Shown here piece after piece: positions 1-13,100 of a stretch of 64,000 nucleotides of DNA; within the stretch, counting starts at the first letter, position 1, and each line of letters begins with the position of its first letter. The notes under the pieces were generated by a model. That model worked only from the letters and a program-made list of their open reading frames with translations. It had not been told where the DNA came from and searched no databases. The position numbers and the translations under genes are program-made. The stretch is from assembly GCF_001194135.2 (NCBI RefSeq), contig NC_068983.1, positions 122,068,765-122,132,764 on the forward strand, written 5' to 3'. The stretch comes from Octopus bimaculoides. Taxonomy: Eukaryota.

Positions 1-277
1 GAATATGGAATATATAATATAAATAGTAAAATGAAATGAAGTATTGAATGTCTTATTGAATATATGAAATATTGAGTATTAAATATATAAGGGCTAGTAT
101 ACTTCCATGCCTCATGGCATTCATCAAGGTCCCGTCTGACAGATGTACATGAGGCATGGAAGTATACTAGCCCTTATATATTTAATACTCTATATTTAAT
201 ACTCAATATTTCATATATTCAATAAGACATTCAATACTTCATTTCATTTTACTATTTATATTATATATTCCATATTC
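1..277. repeat. Long inverted repeat / foldback (116-bp stem, 31-nt loop)
   Basis: 1-116 is the reverse complement of 148-277, apart from a 14-nt duplication (tatatttaatactc) in the right arm. Confidence 0.92.
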
Positions 278-388
278 TATATCCCACATTAATTTTATAA
301 GAATATAAATAAAACATAAAAAAACAGACAGAGTGGGAACTCTTTTAAATAATATATATATATATATATACATATATATTTAGGTGAA

Positions 389-556
389 GGAGTGGCTGTG
401 TGGTAAGTAGCTTGCTTACCAACCACACGGCTCCGGGTTCAGTCCCACTGCGTGGCACCTTGGGCAAGTGTCTTCTGCTATAGCCTCGGGCCGACCAAAG
501 CCTTGTGAGTGGATTTGGTAGATGGAAACTGAAAGAAGCCTGTCGTATATATATGA
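389..556 (+). mobile_element. tRNA-derived SINE family A (5' half), followed by an RTE fragment to ~700
   Basis: GGAGTGGCTGTGTGGTAAG head with A/B-box-like motifs (GGTTCAGTCCC); same sequence at 5781, 30510, 40651 and 56383. Confidence 0.85.
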
Positions 557-1033
557 CTAGGCAATGACTAGTGGCCGAGGCCTTTGGAGATATGCTGTGC
601 TTGAAAAGACCTGACAAGCCAAGTGAGACCGTAGCCCATGGCTCATGCCAGTGGATGTAACCAGCCCATTTATGAATACCCCTCATTCATGGCAGGTGAC
701 ACTCATTATTGGTCAACATGCAATGCCACACCCTTCTGTTTTGGTGACCTTGGATAACTGTTACAACAATGACAACACTGGTTCCAAGTTGTATAGGCCT
801 TTACTTTGCTTTTCCTTTGGTCAACATTTGTAGCATAGAAAGAAAAGATATGCATACATGGACAGCAGCTAGTCTTCCACAAAATAAACCTTGCTGAGGC
901 ATGTACATACAGGTGCAGATACATTGGTTACCTTGATCAATATAGGCATTAAGTATTTGAAGGTGAGGAATATTGAGGCATTAGCTCCTACAATTCTTGC
1001 AGATAATATATTTTCTCTCATTTTCTATTTCAG

Positions 1034-1119
1034 GACCAATCGTTTACACATCAAAGTTACATGGGTCAGATGAAAAAGGTGATGGTAGTGAAGAGAACCC
1101 CTTTGCCACAATCCTCCAG
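1034..1119 (+). CDS. NARS1: NARS1 exon ([28 protein letters not shown])
   Basis: ttcag|GA...CAG|gttaag; matches the eukaryotic AsnRS N-terminal extension (GSD..GDG...PF). Confidence 0.9.
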
Positions 1120-4100
1120 GTTAAGTTTTAACTGTTTTCTGTATTTTTTTACCTCTGACCAGCCCTTGTCAGTATGGGACATGGATGCTAAGTGATGATG
1201 ATGATGTTTACTAGTTTCTTTCATTTAATATGTTTGAAGAGGAAAGCTAATAGCTTTGTGGTATTTCTTCTAACTGTCTGCATTCTAAATTCAAATTCTA
1301 CCAAGGTCAATTTTGTCACTCTTTGGGATTGAGAAAATAGAGTACTAATCAAATACTGGGATTGATGTATTTGACTAACTCCTTCCTTTCAAAATTGCTG
1401 GCCTTCTGCCTTGATACTACTGAGAAATTTATGTTGTCATACATGTCTCAGTACTATCAAGTTGTTGCCAAATTTTATATTCTCATCATTTCTGTGAGTG
1501 AATATTACAAATTAACAGGAGAGAGAGAATATTAGAAATTCCAAAGTCAACTAGTTTAGTAAGTTTAGGGTTATGGACATGAGTAATAACACTTTCTATT
1601 CCTGATACCCTCTCAAACTTCTACAATTGTTATTGTTTACCTAAAGATTAGCCTTTAACCTGTTTAATTCAGCTTTCATTAAAGGTATTCCAACCATGAC
1701 TATCCAGTGCTTTTTCAGATATAGTGTGTTTAGAACTACGTTATCCTGTGTGTCCTACCTTCTTAGAATGATATGGTGTGATTTTTAGCTGTTCAAGAAA
1801 TTGCATAGATGCTTTATTTTTAAATCAGCTGTCATTATTGTCATTGTTTAAACACAGATAAATTTGTATGAAGTAACTTTCAATCAGATATTCCATTACT
1901 ATTCAGTATTAAGGCATCGTGTGTTTACATTATCCAATCTTTCCTTCCTTTTTTAATATAGTAGAGTATGATTTGAAAGAGATATGACTGCTATTCCTAG
2001 AAAATTGACTTAGGGACTCCCCCATTGTCTCCAGCATATATTGTGTTCAACAAAGATAGCTAAATTAATTATTTGTACTCCTAGACTAACTCTATTCAAA
2101 TGGACCTTTGACATGCAGAAAGTAAATCTAACCATTGAAACCCACAGATCTATTGTAATTAACCAGGACACTATGTACTTCACTGTCCAATCTTTCTATA
2201 CATATGTAGATTCTGGTGGTGGCCACAGTAGATTCAGTCAGAATATGACAATTGCTTAGTATTAGAACATAGTTGCAGTTAAAGTAGGAATTGTAGATCT
2301 CAGATCAACAGTGATAATTTTTGTCAGTCATAACAATATGAAGAATAGTGTTGCTGCAAGAGGATAGTATATTTGATATTAATTATAATAAATTTTACTA
2401 GCCAATTGTAGTTGTCCCTTATATAGCAAGCAGTAAGTTTTGATATTTTCTGTATCTGTTTCTTTCCCTATTTTCCAGGCTCTGCGCTCTTGTTCCATCA
2501 CACCACTTCCAGTCATCAAAGTGGATTCAGCGTCTGCTGATAAGGTATGTAACTTTGTTAGATTCTATACATGCACATGCATTCACACAACTTACACCCA
2601 CGCAAACAGAGAATTTAACAGCAAACATTAAAAAACTCACTGTTGTGCTGCAGTTTTCTTCCCCATGTTTCTTCTTCTGAGAGAGTTAGTTTCTATTGAG
2701 ATCAAGTTGAATGGTAATTTCCATTCTTTTCAGTCTTTTACCAATCCAACTTTTATGTTGACATACTTTGGATGATAACTGGCATAGTTTTACTTTACTT
2801 TAGATGTTTTCACTGGTAAGTAAGTATTGTCAATTTGAAAACCAAACACCAAACTTCTGTGTCTTAGGTGACCAAGCCATCAAAATGTTAAAGCACAAAC
2901 CTATGAACCGTTAGTTTCATTAACTGCAGCCATGTCACACTTACCTTTAGTTGTCAATCTGGTGTTTGTTTAACAATACATGGACATCTCAAAAGTAAAT
3001 AGATGCCTTTTTTTTTTTTTTGAAAGATTTATTTCTAGCAACCAAATGTCATTTGATGCATTTAAACATTTAATCAATTATTTAGTAGACATGCCTTGTG
3101 CAGTTTTAATGATTTAACCCATTTCGGCATCATACTAATTAGTGCCTGCACAAATAAACCGGTATATTAAGAGGTGTCTGTGTAGGGCTGAAGAAACAAA
3201 GTTGTCTTGAATAATACTTGAATCATCAGATCAATGTACACTGTAACAGTATTGGTCTGCCTGCCATTGTTGTTTTTTTAGTAAGTCCTCTGTTTAGTTG
3301 CTTCCAGTATTTTTTATAATTCTGTGGAGATGGAGAATTGTTTGATTGTCAGACAGAATACCTAGTAGTATTTGTTTTGATTCTCTGCAGCGTGAATTTA
3401 AATCCTGTTGGATAAATTTTGCTTTTCATTTTTTTAAAGTTGACTAAAAAAAACAAAAAACAATTCAGGGTAATGAATTTGCAAAACAGTAACAGTGTTG
3501 GATGAGATACCTTGTGGTATTTGCTCTGAATCTTTACATTCTGAGTTCAAATTCCACAATGGCCTTCTTGGATGGTAGACTTAATCCATTGCCTGATTCA
3601 ATACCACCATCTGACATTTAGGTGAGATCTCTTGTTTGAGGATACATTCCACCCTCCCACCAGTCTAGCAGGCACCTGGCAAAGAAACTTGGGCATTTTC
3701 TTCCCTCCTGACTAAAAGATAAAATAAAGAAAAAGCTTATTAACATTCTTCCCACATGTACAGTAAATTTAAATCTTATACGCCTGTGTTTCTTTTCATC
3801 AACCCATGAAGGGAGGCAGAATACAATTGAGCTGAGACTGGCTGGTCATTAAATGCATCAACAATGTTTGTAGCAGAGGTGGCTGCATTGATATGAACAG
3901 TGTGTGCTCATTAAAAAGTATCATATTGTCTGTACCCATTGAAGATGTATGAAAAAGATTTGAGGTGGGATCTCAAATAATTATAGGAGAGAAAAAATAT
4001 GTTTACCAAAACTTTCAACAATCCAGTCCACTAAACTGCTAGTAGATACCTCAATGTTGTATAATTCACTGAATTGTCTCTATGATAGACATTTAACCTG

Positions 4101-7100
4101 TGTCTACTGGTTTACAGCAGTCAGCTGAAGGAAGAATCAACAGGGGAAGAAAACATCTAACCTATGTGGACAACTTGCTTCAAAACAGTGGAATGGCAAA
4201 TGTTGACAAATTAAAAAGATGCATGGGAGACTGTAATGGATGGTGTACTTGTGTGAAATCATTGAAGTGTCCAGGAAAACGACCAAACTAAACTAACTTG
4301 TGTCTCAGTAGTTCATTCATGTAATTGTCAGTTGGTATCAGAGGGTAGAAATAGCTCATTGTTGCAGAAATTAGTATGGAGTTCAATTTAGGTTTTTCAA
4401 TGGGTTCAGTCCATGGTGAAAGTGCTGATAGTGTGGCTATGTTTTTATTTCTCTTGCCATCATAAAAATGAGATCAAAGAAACTAAAATTGAAAGACTAA
4501 CATTCTACATAAAATTCTTCCTCAAATCTTGTATTTTTTTTTTTGTAATACCACAGTTCACTTGAACTTTTATTGAGAACTAATCTATAATTAATATAGA
4601 ACACATGTACTGGCAATTAAATATTTAATTAGTTTATTATTTTTCTATTTTTCAAATGTCCTTACTACTTGTATTTAAACTTATTTTAAAATACATAAAT
4701 ATGTTCTTCAAATTTTTTCATTGTTAAACTCTTTGCAGAAGTGGGACGATGCTGCTAAGAGCCAAGTAAAAAAGCAAGTGAAACAGTATGAAAGAGAACA
4801 GATGAAGTCAAAAGAAGCTGAAAGAAAAGAAGTAAGTTTTTTTTTCCTGAAAAATCTTTAACAAGTTTTCTTTTTTTCTTTTCTTTTCTTTCTCCTTACT
4901 ACTCCTCCCCCCATCTCTATGTTACTGTTTATACCTATTTTCCATGTTATTACAAATGTGAAAGACCCTGTAAATGAGTACATTTACATTGTTGTTGAAA
5001 GACCTAGATCAGTGGTTCTCAACCAGGGTTCATATGACCCCCTGGGAGTTCACACTTTTGGGGATCCACATAAGCAAAATAGGGTCCTCAGTATTATTTT
5101 AAGAAAGGATTTTGCTGTAGATCTATTTATTGCAAGAAACAGCTAGGTTTCTTTCTCTAGCGTTTTTACATAGTCCAGCCTACACAAGTTAATGTGTGAA
5201 AAAAAAAAAAGGAATTTTTAAAGAAGTATCTATAAAATTAGTCTGTAAGCATCAAATGACTACGGTGGGGGTGTCTACCAGAGTAAAATAGTAGCCAAAG
5301 GAGTTCATAGGTAAAAAAATATGGTTGAGAATCACTGATCTAAATAATTAGTGATATGCTTTGTATCAGACTTGATTAACTCATGTCAGCTTGTTAAAAT
5401 GGACACTAAAGCACTCATGATTATGAAGGTAATGATAACATTGAAACAACTGGTTTTACTTATTGATGTCCTTCCACTCAAGTAAAAAGTAGGAGTGGAT
5501 TGTGTTTAGGGGCACAGCACAATGATTTGTTAGGCTTGAATTCATGGTTGTGTTGTTTTTCATCCAGCAATTTAATCTTGTGCTCGTTGTACTGTGACAC
5601 CTTTGGAGGCATCATTACTCTACTTGTGTTTGCTTCGGTCTACTCTTATTTTGTAGTCCAATAGTCAGCTATAAATCTACTTGCTCCAATACATCAAATG
5701 CAAATCTACAATTTCTAACAAGAAAATTTTGTCCAACAGTGATAACAAAAGAAGTTATAATGTGCATATAAACATACATAGGAGTGGCTGTGTGGTAAGT
5801 AGCTTGCTTACGAACCACATGGTTCTGGGTTCAGTCCCACTGCGTGGCACTTTGGGCAGATATCTTCTACCATAGCCTCGGCCTGACCAAAGCCTTGTGA
5901 ATGGATTTGGTGGACAGAAACTGAAAGAAGCCCATCGTATATATGTATATATATATGTGTGTGTGTGTGTGTANNNNNNNNNNAAAGAAGCCCATCGTAT
6001 ATATGTATATATATATGTGTGTGTGTGTGTGTATATGTTTGTGTGTCTGTGTTTGTCCCCCTACATCACTTGACAACTGATCCTTGTGTGTTTACGTCTC
6101 CGTAACTTAGCAGTTCAGCAAAAGAGACCGATAGAATAAGCACTAGGCTTACAAAGAATAAGTCCTAGGGTCGATTTGCTCGACTAAAGGTGGTGCTCCA
6201 GCATGGCCACAGCCAAATGACTGAAACAAGTAAAAGAGTAAAGAGTATACAAACACACATACATAAATAGAGATATATAATTTTATACAATTTTCATCTC
6301 TGTAATTTCAGGCTGAAGATCAAGAAAGACGAGAGAAGAACCTTGAAGAAGCTAAATCAGTCATTATCACCCAGGATCCCAGTCTTCCTGAAGCAAAAAA
6401 GGTTTTGTTTAATGAGCTTATTTATCTCTCTTCTGACTCCTAACTTATTAAATATAAGTCCTCAACTGTTAGATTTATCACAATATCTTGGTGTAAGTTC
6501 TCAATGACGTATTGGAAATGTATCCTTACAACTCCCTTATAGACTCTTCTTTTCACTGGCTGCTTTGTCTTACATTAGTTCTCCCACTCAGTTCACATAT
6601 ATATGCATCTCTCCAGAATAATACTACAATACTAATAAAAAAAATACTATCCCTTTCATTTCATCCATACATATCTACAATACCCCCATATCACCACTAC
6701 ATAACAATCCTAACAACACTATTCCTGCCTAATAGGCCAGGCAAATATAAAATGCATACACACAAAAATAGCAGCTGTATCAATAACCTCATTAGCTCCA
6801 AAGATTGCTAGAATGCACAGCATCAATGGTAAGTACAAAGGAACTGTAATTGTTTCACTCTGATAGAATCTAATTTGTTTACTGCTCCTTTAAGCACAAC
6901 CAGGAGGTATTGTAGATATGTATAGATGAAGTATAGGAACAAACTGGGCTCTGGATGAAACACAGTAAGCCCAGCTTTCATATGTTATGCAATGTGGTCC
7001 TCAAGTAGGTAGGACCTAGATATATTAAGAGCAATAGATCAGACCATCATTTGACCAACCACCTGTGAGGCAATGACAGTAGCCACTATGCGGTCACTTA

Positions 7101-10100
7101 ACCTGCTAAAAATAATAACCAAATCTTTCTCAACTCACATCTCAGTGACTTAGAAATGGATACATTAGATAATGTGGTCTTTGCTTCCTTGCACATAGGC
7201 AAAAGACTGGATGGTCACATCTGGGATTCTTTTAGTTATAAGATGTGCTTGATCTGGGCTGATTTGAGGCTAAACAACAACAACAACCAACTACCTCATG
7301 CCATTGGTCTGCCTGGCTGGAACTGAATAATGACTACATTAACTAGCTCCACCTACATTTCTTATACATCTTAACTCTAATCCTCCATCAACTACCATCT
7401 TCCCCCGCTACCTCCACGTTGTGTCACTTCACTTCAGTGAAGGGACTTCTATATGATTGTTCAGCTTACTAAAGATAGGGCCCAAATCTCCCTTAATGGA
7501 AACACGCAATGTAATCTTGATGTAACAAAAGGTGAGATATTGCACTAATATTCTTTTTGACCATAGAGCTGTCCTGGGACTAAGCAATAATTCCACTCAA
7601 CTTCTTCACCTCTACTACTGCACCAAATAGTAGGAAGACTTGATTTTATTCAGCACAAAAAGAAATGACTCATTTTTAAAAATTCCTTCATTAGATATTT
7701 TTCAATAATTGTAGATCAAAATTTCTGCTAGCAAGGCACACCATAAAGAACGTGTGAAGGTTTATGGATGGGTTCACAGAATACGGCGCCAAGGTAAGTA
7801 CTTTCTCTCACTCTCTTTGCATAGATACAATATATCATCACCATCATCATCTTTCTTTTACATCTATTTTTCTAAGCTTGCATGGGTTGGACAAGTCTTC
7901 TCCAGCCCAACACTTTTACCACTTATCATGTTTTCTGGCCTTCATACATCCACTTCATTCATTGCCATGTTTTGCTACCCTGCAGTATTGCACTTCAGAC
8001 CCAAGTATCATTCAGTATACCCTCTACTTGGAATGAGAATCCCTTTGTTGCAAGCAAGGGCAAATAGTTACTTGAACATTTTCCCCTCAGTCAAATCGTC
8101 CAACCCATGCTAGCATGGAAAGCGGACGTTAAACAATGATGATGATGATGATCTTACTCTGAATACTAACAAACTACCCACTATTTCCATGAAGCTTTTC
8201 AAGCATTTGGAAGGATTTATTTTATGGGTTCTCTTATTGCTTACTCCTAAGCATCTGTTACATATGTCTTTCTTTTCTGTCAGTCTGTCTTTGATCTCAC
8301 TCCACCTCATCTGTAGTTTACATTCAATATGCTGTATGAGATTCTTCCTTACTCCTTTTCTGCATATTAATCATGACTACTTCTTACGTAGCCATAGAGT
8401 CCTGTCTTTCATGGTAAAATTTTTGATTTTGTTAGGTTTACCTTAAGGTCTCTTGATTCTAGACTTAGCTTCCATGTTTGGAATTTCTTCTGCAAATCTA
8501 TTACAGGTTCAGCTATTATTACTAGGTCATCAGCATACAATTCTCATAGACAACCAATCTTAAATTCTTCAGCTTATGCCAGAAAAATTATAATAAACAA
8601 TAGAGGGCTGGGAATTGAACATTAATGGGCATGAACCTGCATGTCAAATTTATCACTGAACTCATTACTAACTCCCACCTTGCTGATGGCATCTCCATAC
8701 ATTGCTTTCACAAGCCATTCATCATCTTAGTGGCCACCAAACTTCAGAGTTTGGGACCCTTTGTCTAAATCGATGAATGTCAGATATAATTGTTTACTCT
8801 TAGCTCTAGTTATTTCACTAGGAGGAGAATGTTAGTGGCAACTGTTCTGGTACAAACCTGAACTGTATCTCACCTAAGCTAATTTTCTTTCTAATCATTT
8901 GTGCTATAATTCTTTTTGTTTTTTTCATAATTTAGTCCATCTGTAGATGCTTTTTTTCTAGAGGGTCTCCTTTGTTCTTGTAGTAGTTGATAAAGCCAGT
9001 AATTGGTTATATTTCCAAGTGCTACTTGAATGACTATGTGAGTCATAAGTGCACATCCTGCTTCACTGGATATTCTTAGCATCTCAGTGATTATCCTTAA
9101 AATGGCCCAGCTGCTTTTCCTGCTTTCATATCCTTAATTTTATTCTCAGCCATACAGCTGTCAATTTCATAACTAACCCCTCTGTTGTATCAACAGTAGT
9201 TCTTCCTACTCCCACACATTCTCCTCATTCAGCAACCACTCATAGTGATATTTCTGTGCCTTTTTCTTGTCACTGTTTGTAAGAGCATATGCACCATTGC
9301 TATTCTAAACACACTTTTTCCTCAACAATGTCTTGATTTGCATGACACACTGTTTTGCAATCCAGAACACCTCACACCTCTAATTCAAAAATTGCAAGAC
9401 ATAAGCAAATATCTTGCTTTTTGATTTTTCTCTGTCCTGTTGTTATATTGCTCCCACTGTTTTCTTGTGCAAGTTTTTCAAGCCTCTCTTTTAGTTTTAT
9501 TCTATATACTGTCCCATTCTACCATTGTGTCATCTCCCTCCTGAATGGAAACTTGCTCTATCCTGTAGTTTGCTGTATGTTATCGTGTCAAAGCTCACAG
9601 TTATAGTCCATTATATGTCGCTATCTCTTCTTTAAAATACATGTCAACTAGTGTGTCTATGGATCTACATCTGGCAGAGGGATACTTCTAATTTTTTTTT
9701 CAATTATTGCTTCAGGTTTTCTATAGAAATTAGAACCAGCACTGATTTGTACAATGTTTTGTATACAAATACATCTATGTAAACAATGTAATCAAAATGA
9801 CGAAACAAATCAGTACTGGCTCTAGTTTCTATAGAAAATCTATAGAGATAACTTAGACAAAAAAGTGATTTAATAGCACTGCTAACACAGGTGGGGCACA
9901 GTGTTGACTTAGAAGCCTTTACTATACTTGGTAGTATACTATGGTTGCATACCGAAATACAGTGTCCCTACCTGCAATTAATACTTCTAATTTTGCCTAA
10001 CAAGGAGAAAGACAGAGATTAACTCTTTAATGTTCAGGCTATTCTGTCAAAAGTAAAGCTTATTTATTCAAATATTTTGGATTAATCATGTATTATCTTG

Positions 10101-13100
10101 TAGCTTTGAAATGTTGATGAGGTAACTGTTAATTTTTAGAACAATATTATAGGGTTTGTGTGAGAGGCCAGATTTGGCCAGTTTGAACACAAAGCAGGTA
10201 GAATATTTCGGCTGGATATGGCCTGTTTAAATACTAAAGGATCAAAGAGAGAAATAACTCTCTCTGAAACTCAATATTACTTCCATTATTATCATCATTA
10301 TAGCTATATTACCATTAGTAAAATCATTACAAAAAGATAACTAGGAATAACTGTTTTCCATTACAGGTCGCACATTGATATTTTTGATTCTTCGAGATGG
10401 AACTGGTTTCTTGCAGTGCGTCTTGACAGAAAAAATGGTAATTGATTTTTATTAGATCCTGTGTTTTTACACGCATGCTCACACACACACATTGGTGCTA
10501 GGCTGACCTATTTGGTAAATATCTAGAAGCCTAAAATGAAAACAATAAGAGAAATTCAGGAACTAAAAATAATTTGGACATTCAAGTATACATGTGTGTG
10601 TGTGTGTATACATCATCATCATCATCATCATCGTTTAACGTCCGCTTTCCATGCTAGCATGGGTTGGACGATTTGACTGAGGACTGGTGAAACCGGATGG
10701 CAACACCAGGCTCCAATCTAATTTGGCAGAGTTTCTACAGCTGGATGCCCTTCCTAACGCCAACCACTCAGAGGGTGTAGTGGGTGCTTTTACGTATCAC
10801 CCGCACGAAAACGGCCATGCTCGAAATGGTGTCTTTTATGTGCCACCCGCACAAGCCANNNNNNNNNNNNNNNNNNNNNNNNNNNNNNNNNNNNNNNNNN
10901 NNNNNNNNNNNNNNNNNNNNNNNNNNNNNNNNNNNNNNNNNNNNNNNNNNNNNNNNNNNNNNNNNNNNNNNNNNNNNNNNNNNNNNNNNNNNNNNNNNNN
11001 NNNNNNNNNNNNNNNNNNNNNNNNNNNNNNNNNNNNNNNNNNNNNNNNNNNNNNNNNNNNNNNNNNNNNNNNNNNNNNNNNNNNNNNNNNNNNNNNNNNN
11101 NNNNNNNNNNNNNNNNNNNNNNNNNNNNNNNNNNNNNNNNNNNNNNNNNNNNNNNNNNNNNNNNNNNNNNNNNNNNNNNNNNNNNNNNNNNNNNNNNNNN
11201 NNNNNNNNNNNNNNNNNNNNNNNNNNNNNNNNNNNNNNNNNNNNNNNNNNNNNNNNNNNNNNNNNNNNNNNNNNNNNNNNNNNNNNNNNNNNNNNNNNNN
11301 NNNNNNNNNNNNNNNNNNNNNNNNNNNNNNNNNNNNNNNNNNNNNNNNNNNNNNNNNNNNNNNNNNNNNNNNNNNNNNNNNNNNNNNNNNNNNNNNNNNN
11401 NNNNNNNNNNNNNNNNNNNNNNNNNNNNNNNNNNTTACGTATGTCCTCAGCAGTTACAGCCCATGTTTCACTGCCATGTAGCATGGCTGTTCGTACGCAT
11501 GCGTCATACAGTCTGCCTTTTACTCTGAGTGAGAGTCCCTTTGTCGCCAGCAGGGGTAAGAGCTCTCTAAACTTTGCCCAGGCTATTCTTATTCTAGCAG
11601 CTACACTTTCAGCGCAACCATCCCCACTACTAACTTGGTCGCCCAGATAGCGGAAGCTATCGACTACCTCTAGTTTTTCACCCTGGAATGAGATAGAAGT
11701 TGTTTCCTGTTCGTTTACAGTCTTTATTGCACCTGAACATCTGCCACATATATATATATCCTTAATTAAGGAATGGAGTCGATTATATCCAGGCTACTGT
11801 TGTTTCATAGTTAGCAGAACCTTAGATATAGTACATTTAACTAAGGTATCTTTGGCCTGTTGAGTAGCTAGCAAATTACCCCTCGTTTGGGTAATTACTA
11901 CTTCTGAGGCTCTGCTAGTTGTGAAACAAAAAAGTAGCCTGAATTTTATCTACTCCATTCCATAATTTTGGAATTTTATTCACATACACAGTAGCCACAG
12001 CTACTAACTGTGAACTATAAAATAACTTTTTTCAGCTTATTGAACTTTAATTTAGGAAGAATTTACCACCTTCTACGTTAATAAACCACTACTGTTCCTG
12101 AAAGTTGATTTTTATACCTTCTATGGACTGCTTGAAGCTTGCTAACTTTCTAGACCTCAATCCTTTACATATTACTATATATTTAATAACATGTAAATAT
12201 TGGGTTGAAAAAAAACCCTTTTGGACCAGAAAAATCAAAGCTGTCCATGAGGCTTGTCATGTCTACAGGTGATGTGGGTTCATGTTCCATAGGTAGCCTT
12301 TGACTTTTTCTTTCTATAAGGGTTTTTCACACTATTTACACTCTATCATTTATAACTTTATGTGAGCCATGAGATTAAAAAAAAAAATTCTTTGTATTTG
12401 TTTTCATTTTCTTTATTTCTCTCTGATTGAATAAACCTGAGCAATTAGTAGTAGTGGTATATATATATATATATATATNNNNNNNNNNNNNNNNNNNNNN
12501 NNNNNNNNNNNNNNNNNNNNNNNNNNNNNNNNNNNNNNNNNNNNNNNNNNNNNNNNNNNNNNNNNATATATATAATTTACTTGGAAAAGGATGCGTGGCG
12601 TTCGATCATATAATATAAATAATATATAAATATATGCATATATCCATACATATATGTACATACCTACATGCATATATGAGTACAGGACATCAAAAAAATG
12701 TTAAACACAATGAGAAACGAAAACAGAAAACAAACTTTTTTTGAACAATGAAAAAACAAACAGAGAAACGAGACATGCAACATAAAGAGTATACCCCTTC
12801 GTCAGTTGTCCCTGTTCCATCTACTCCGCGTTTCGAAGGCAAGGACAATACGTGACTTCGTTGGAACAGTCCTTGCCGCAAAGCAAATTAAATAAAATTC
12901 TGCATCCTTATCAAATACAACTGTTGTTTTTATATTTACATAGAATGTAACTTTTGTTTTGTAAAGTGTCTGAAAATGACAAGTTACTACAAAATTAAAT
13001 GTTAATGCTCTAATTTCATTTTCGTTATCAAGTGCCAGACCTATGATGCTTTACTGCTTACTCGTGAATCTGCTGTATGTGTATATGGAGTCATCAGTGA

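Noticed and set aside
389-470. tRNA-like sequence with A/B boxes
   Set aside because: No full cloverleaf or acceptor stem; it continues into a multi-copy SINE body.
5924-6033. 50-bp direct duplication around a 10-N gap
   Set aside because: Typical unmerged contig overlap at a microsatellite, i.e. an assembly artefact.
10687-11650. Long ORFs in the track (also 23590-24162, 37359-38154, 51946-52652, 12413-12673)
   Set aside because: Their length comes from N runs and microsatellites; the real parts are LINE fragments or antisense UTR.
12690-12900. Possible Penelope-like fragments (also 63670-63960)
   Set aside because: Only a vague resemblance (cgaaacg-type ends), with no RT/GIY-YIG coding evidence and single copies in the window.
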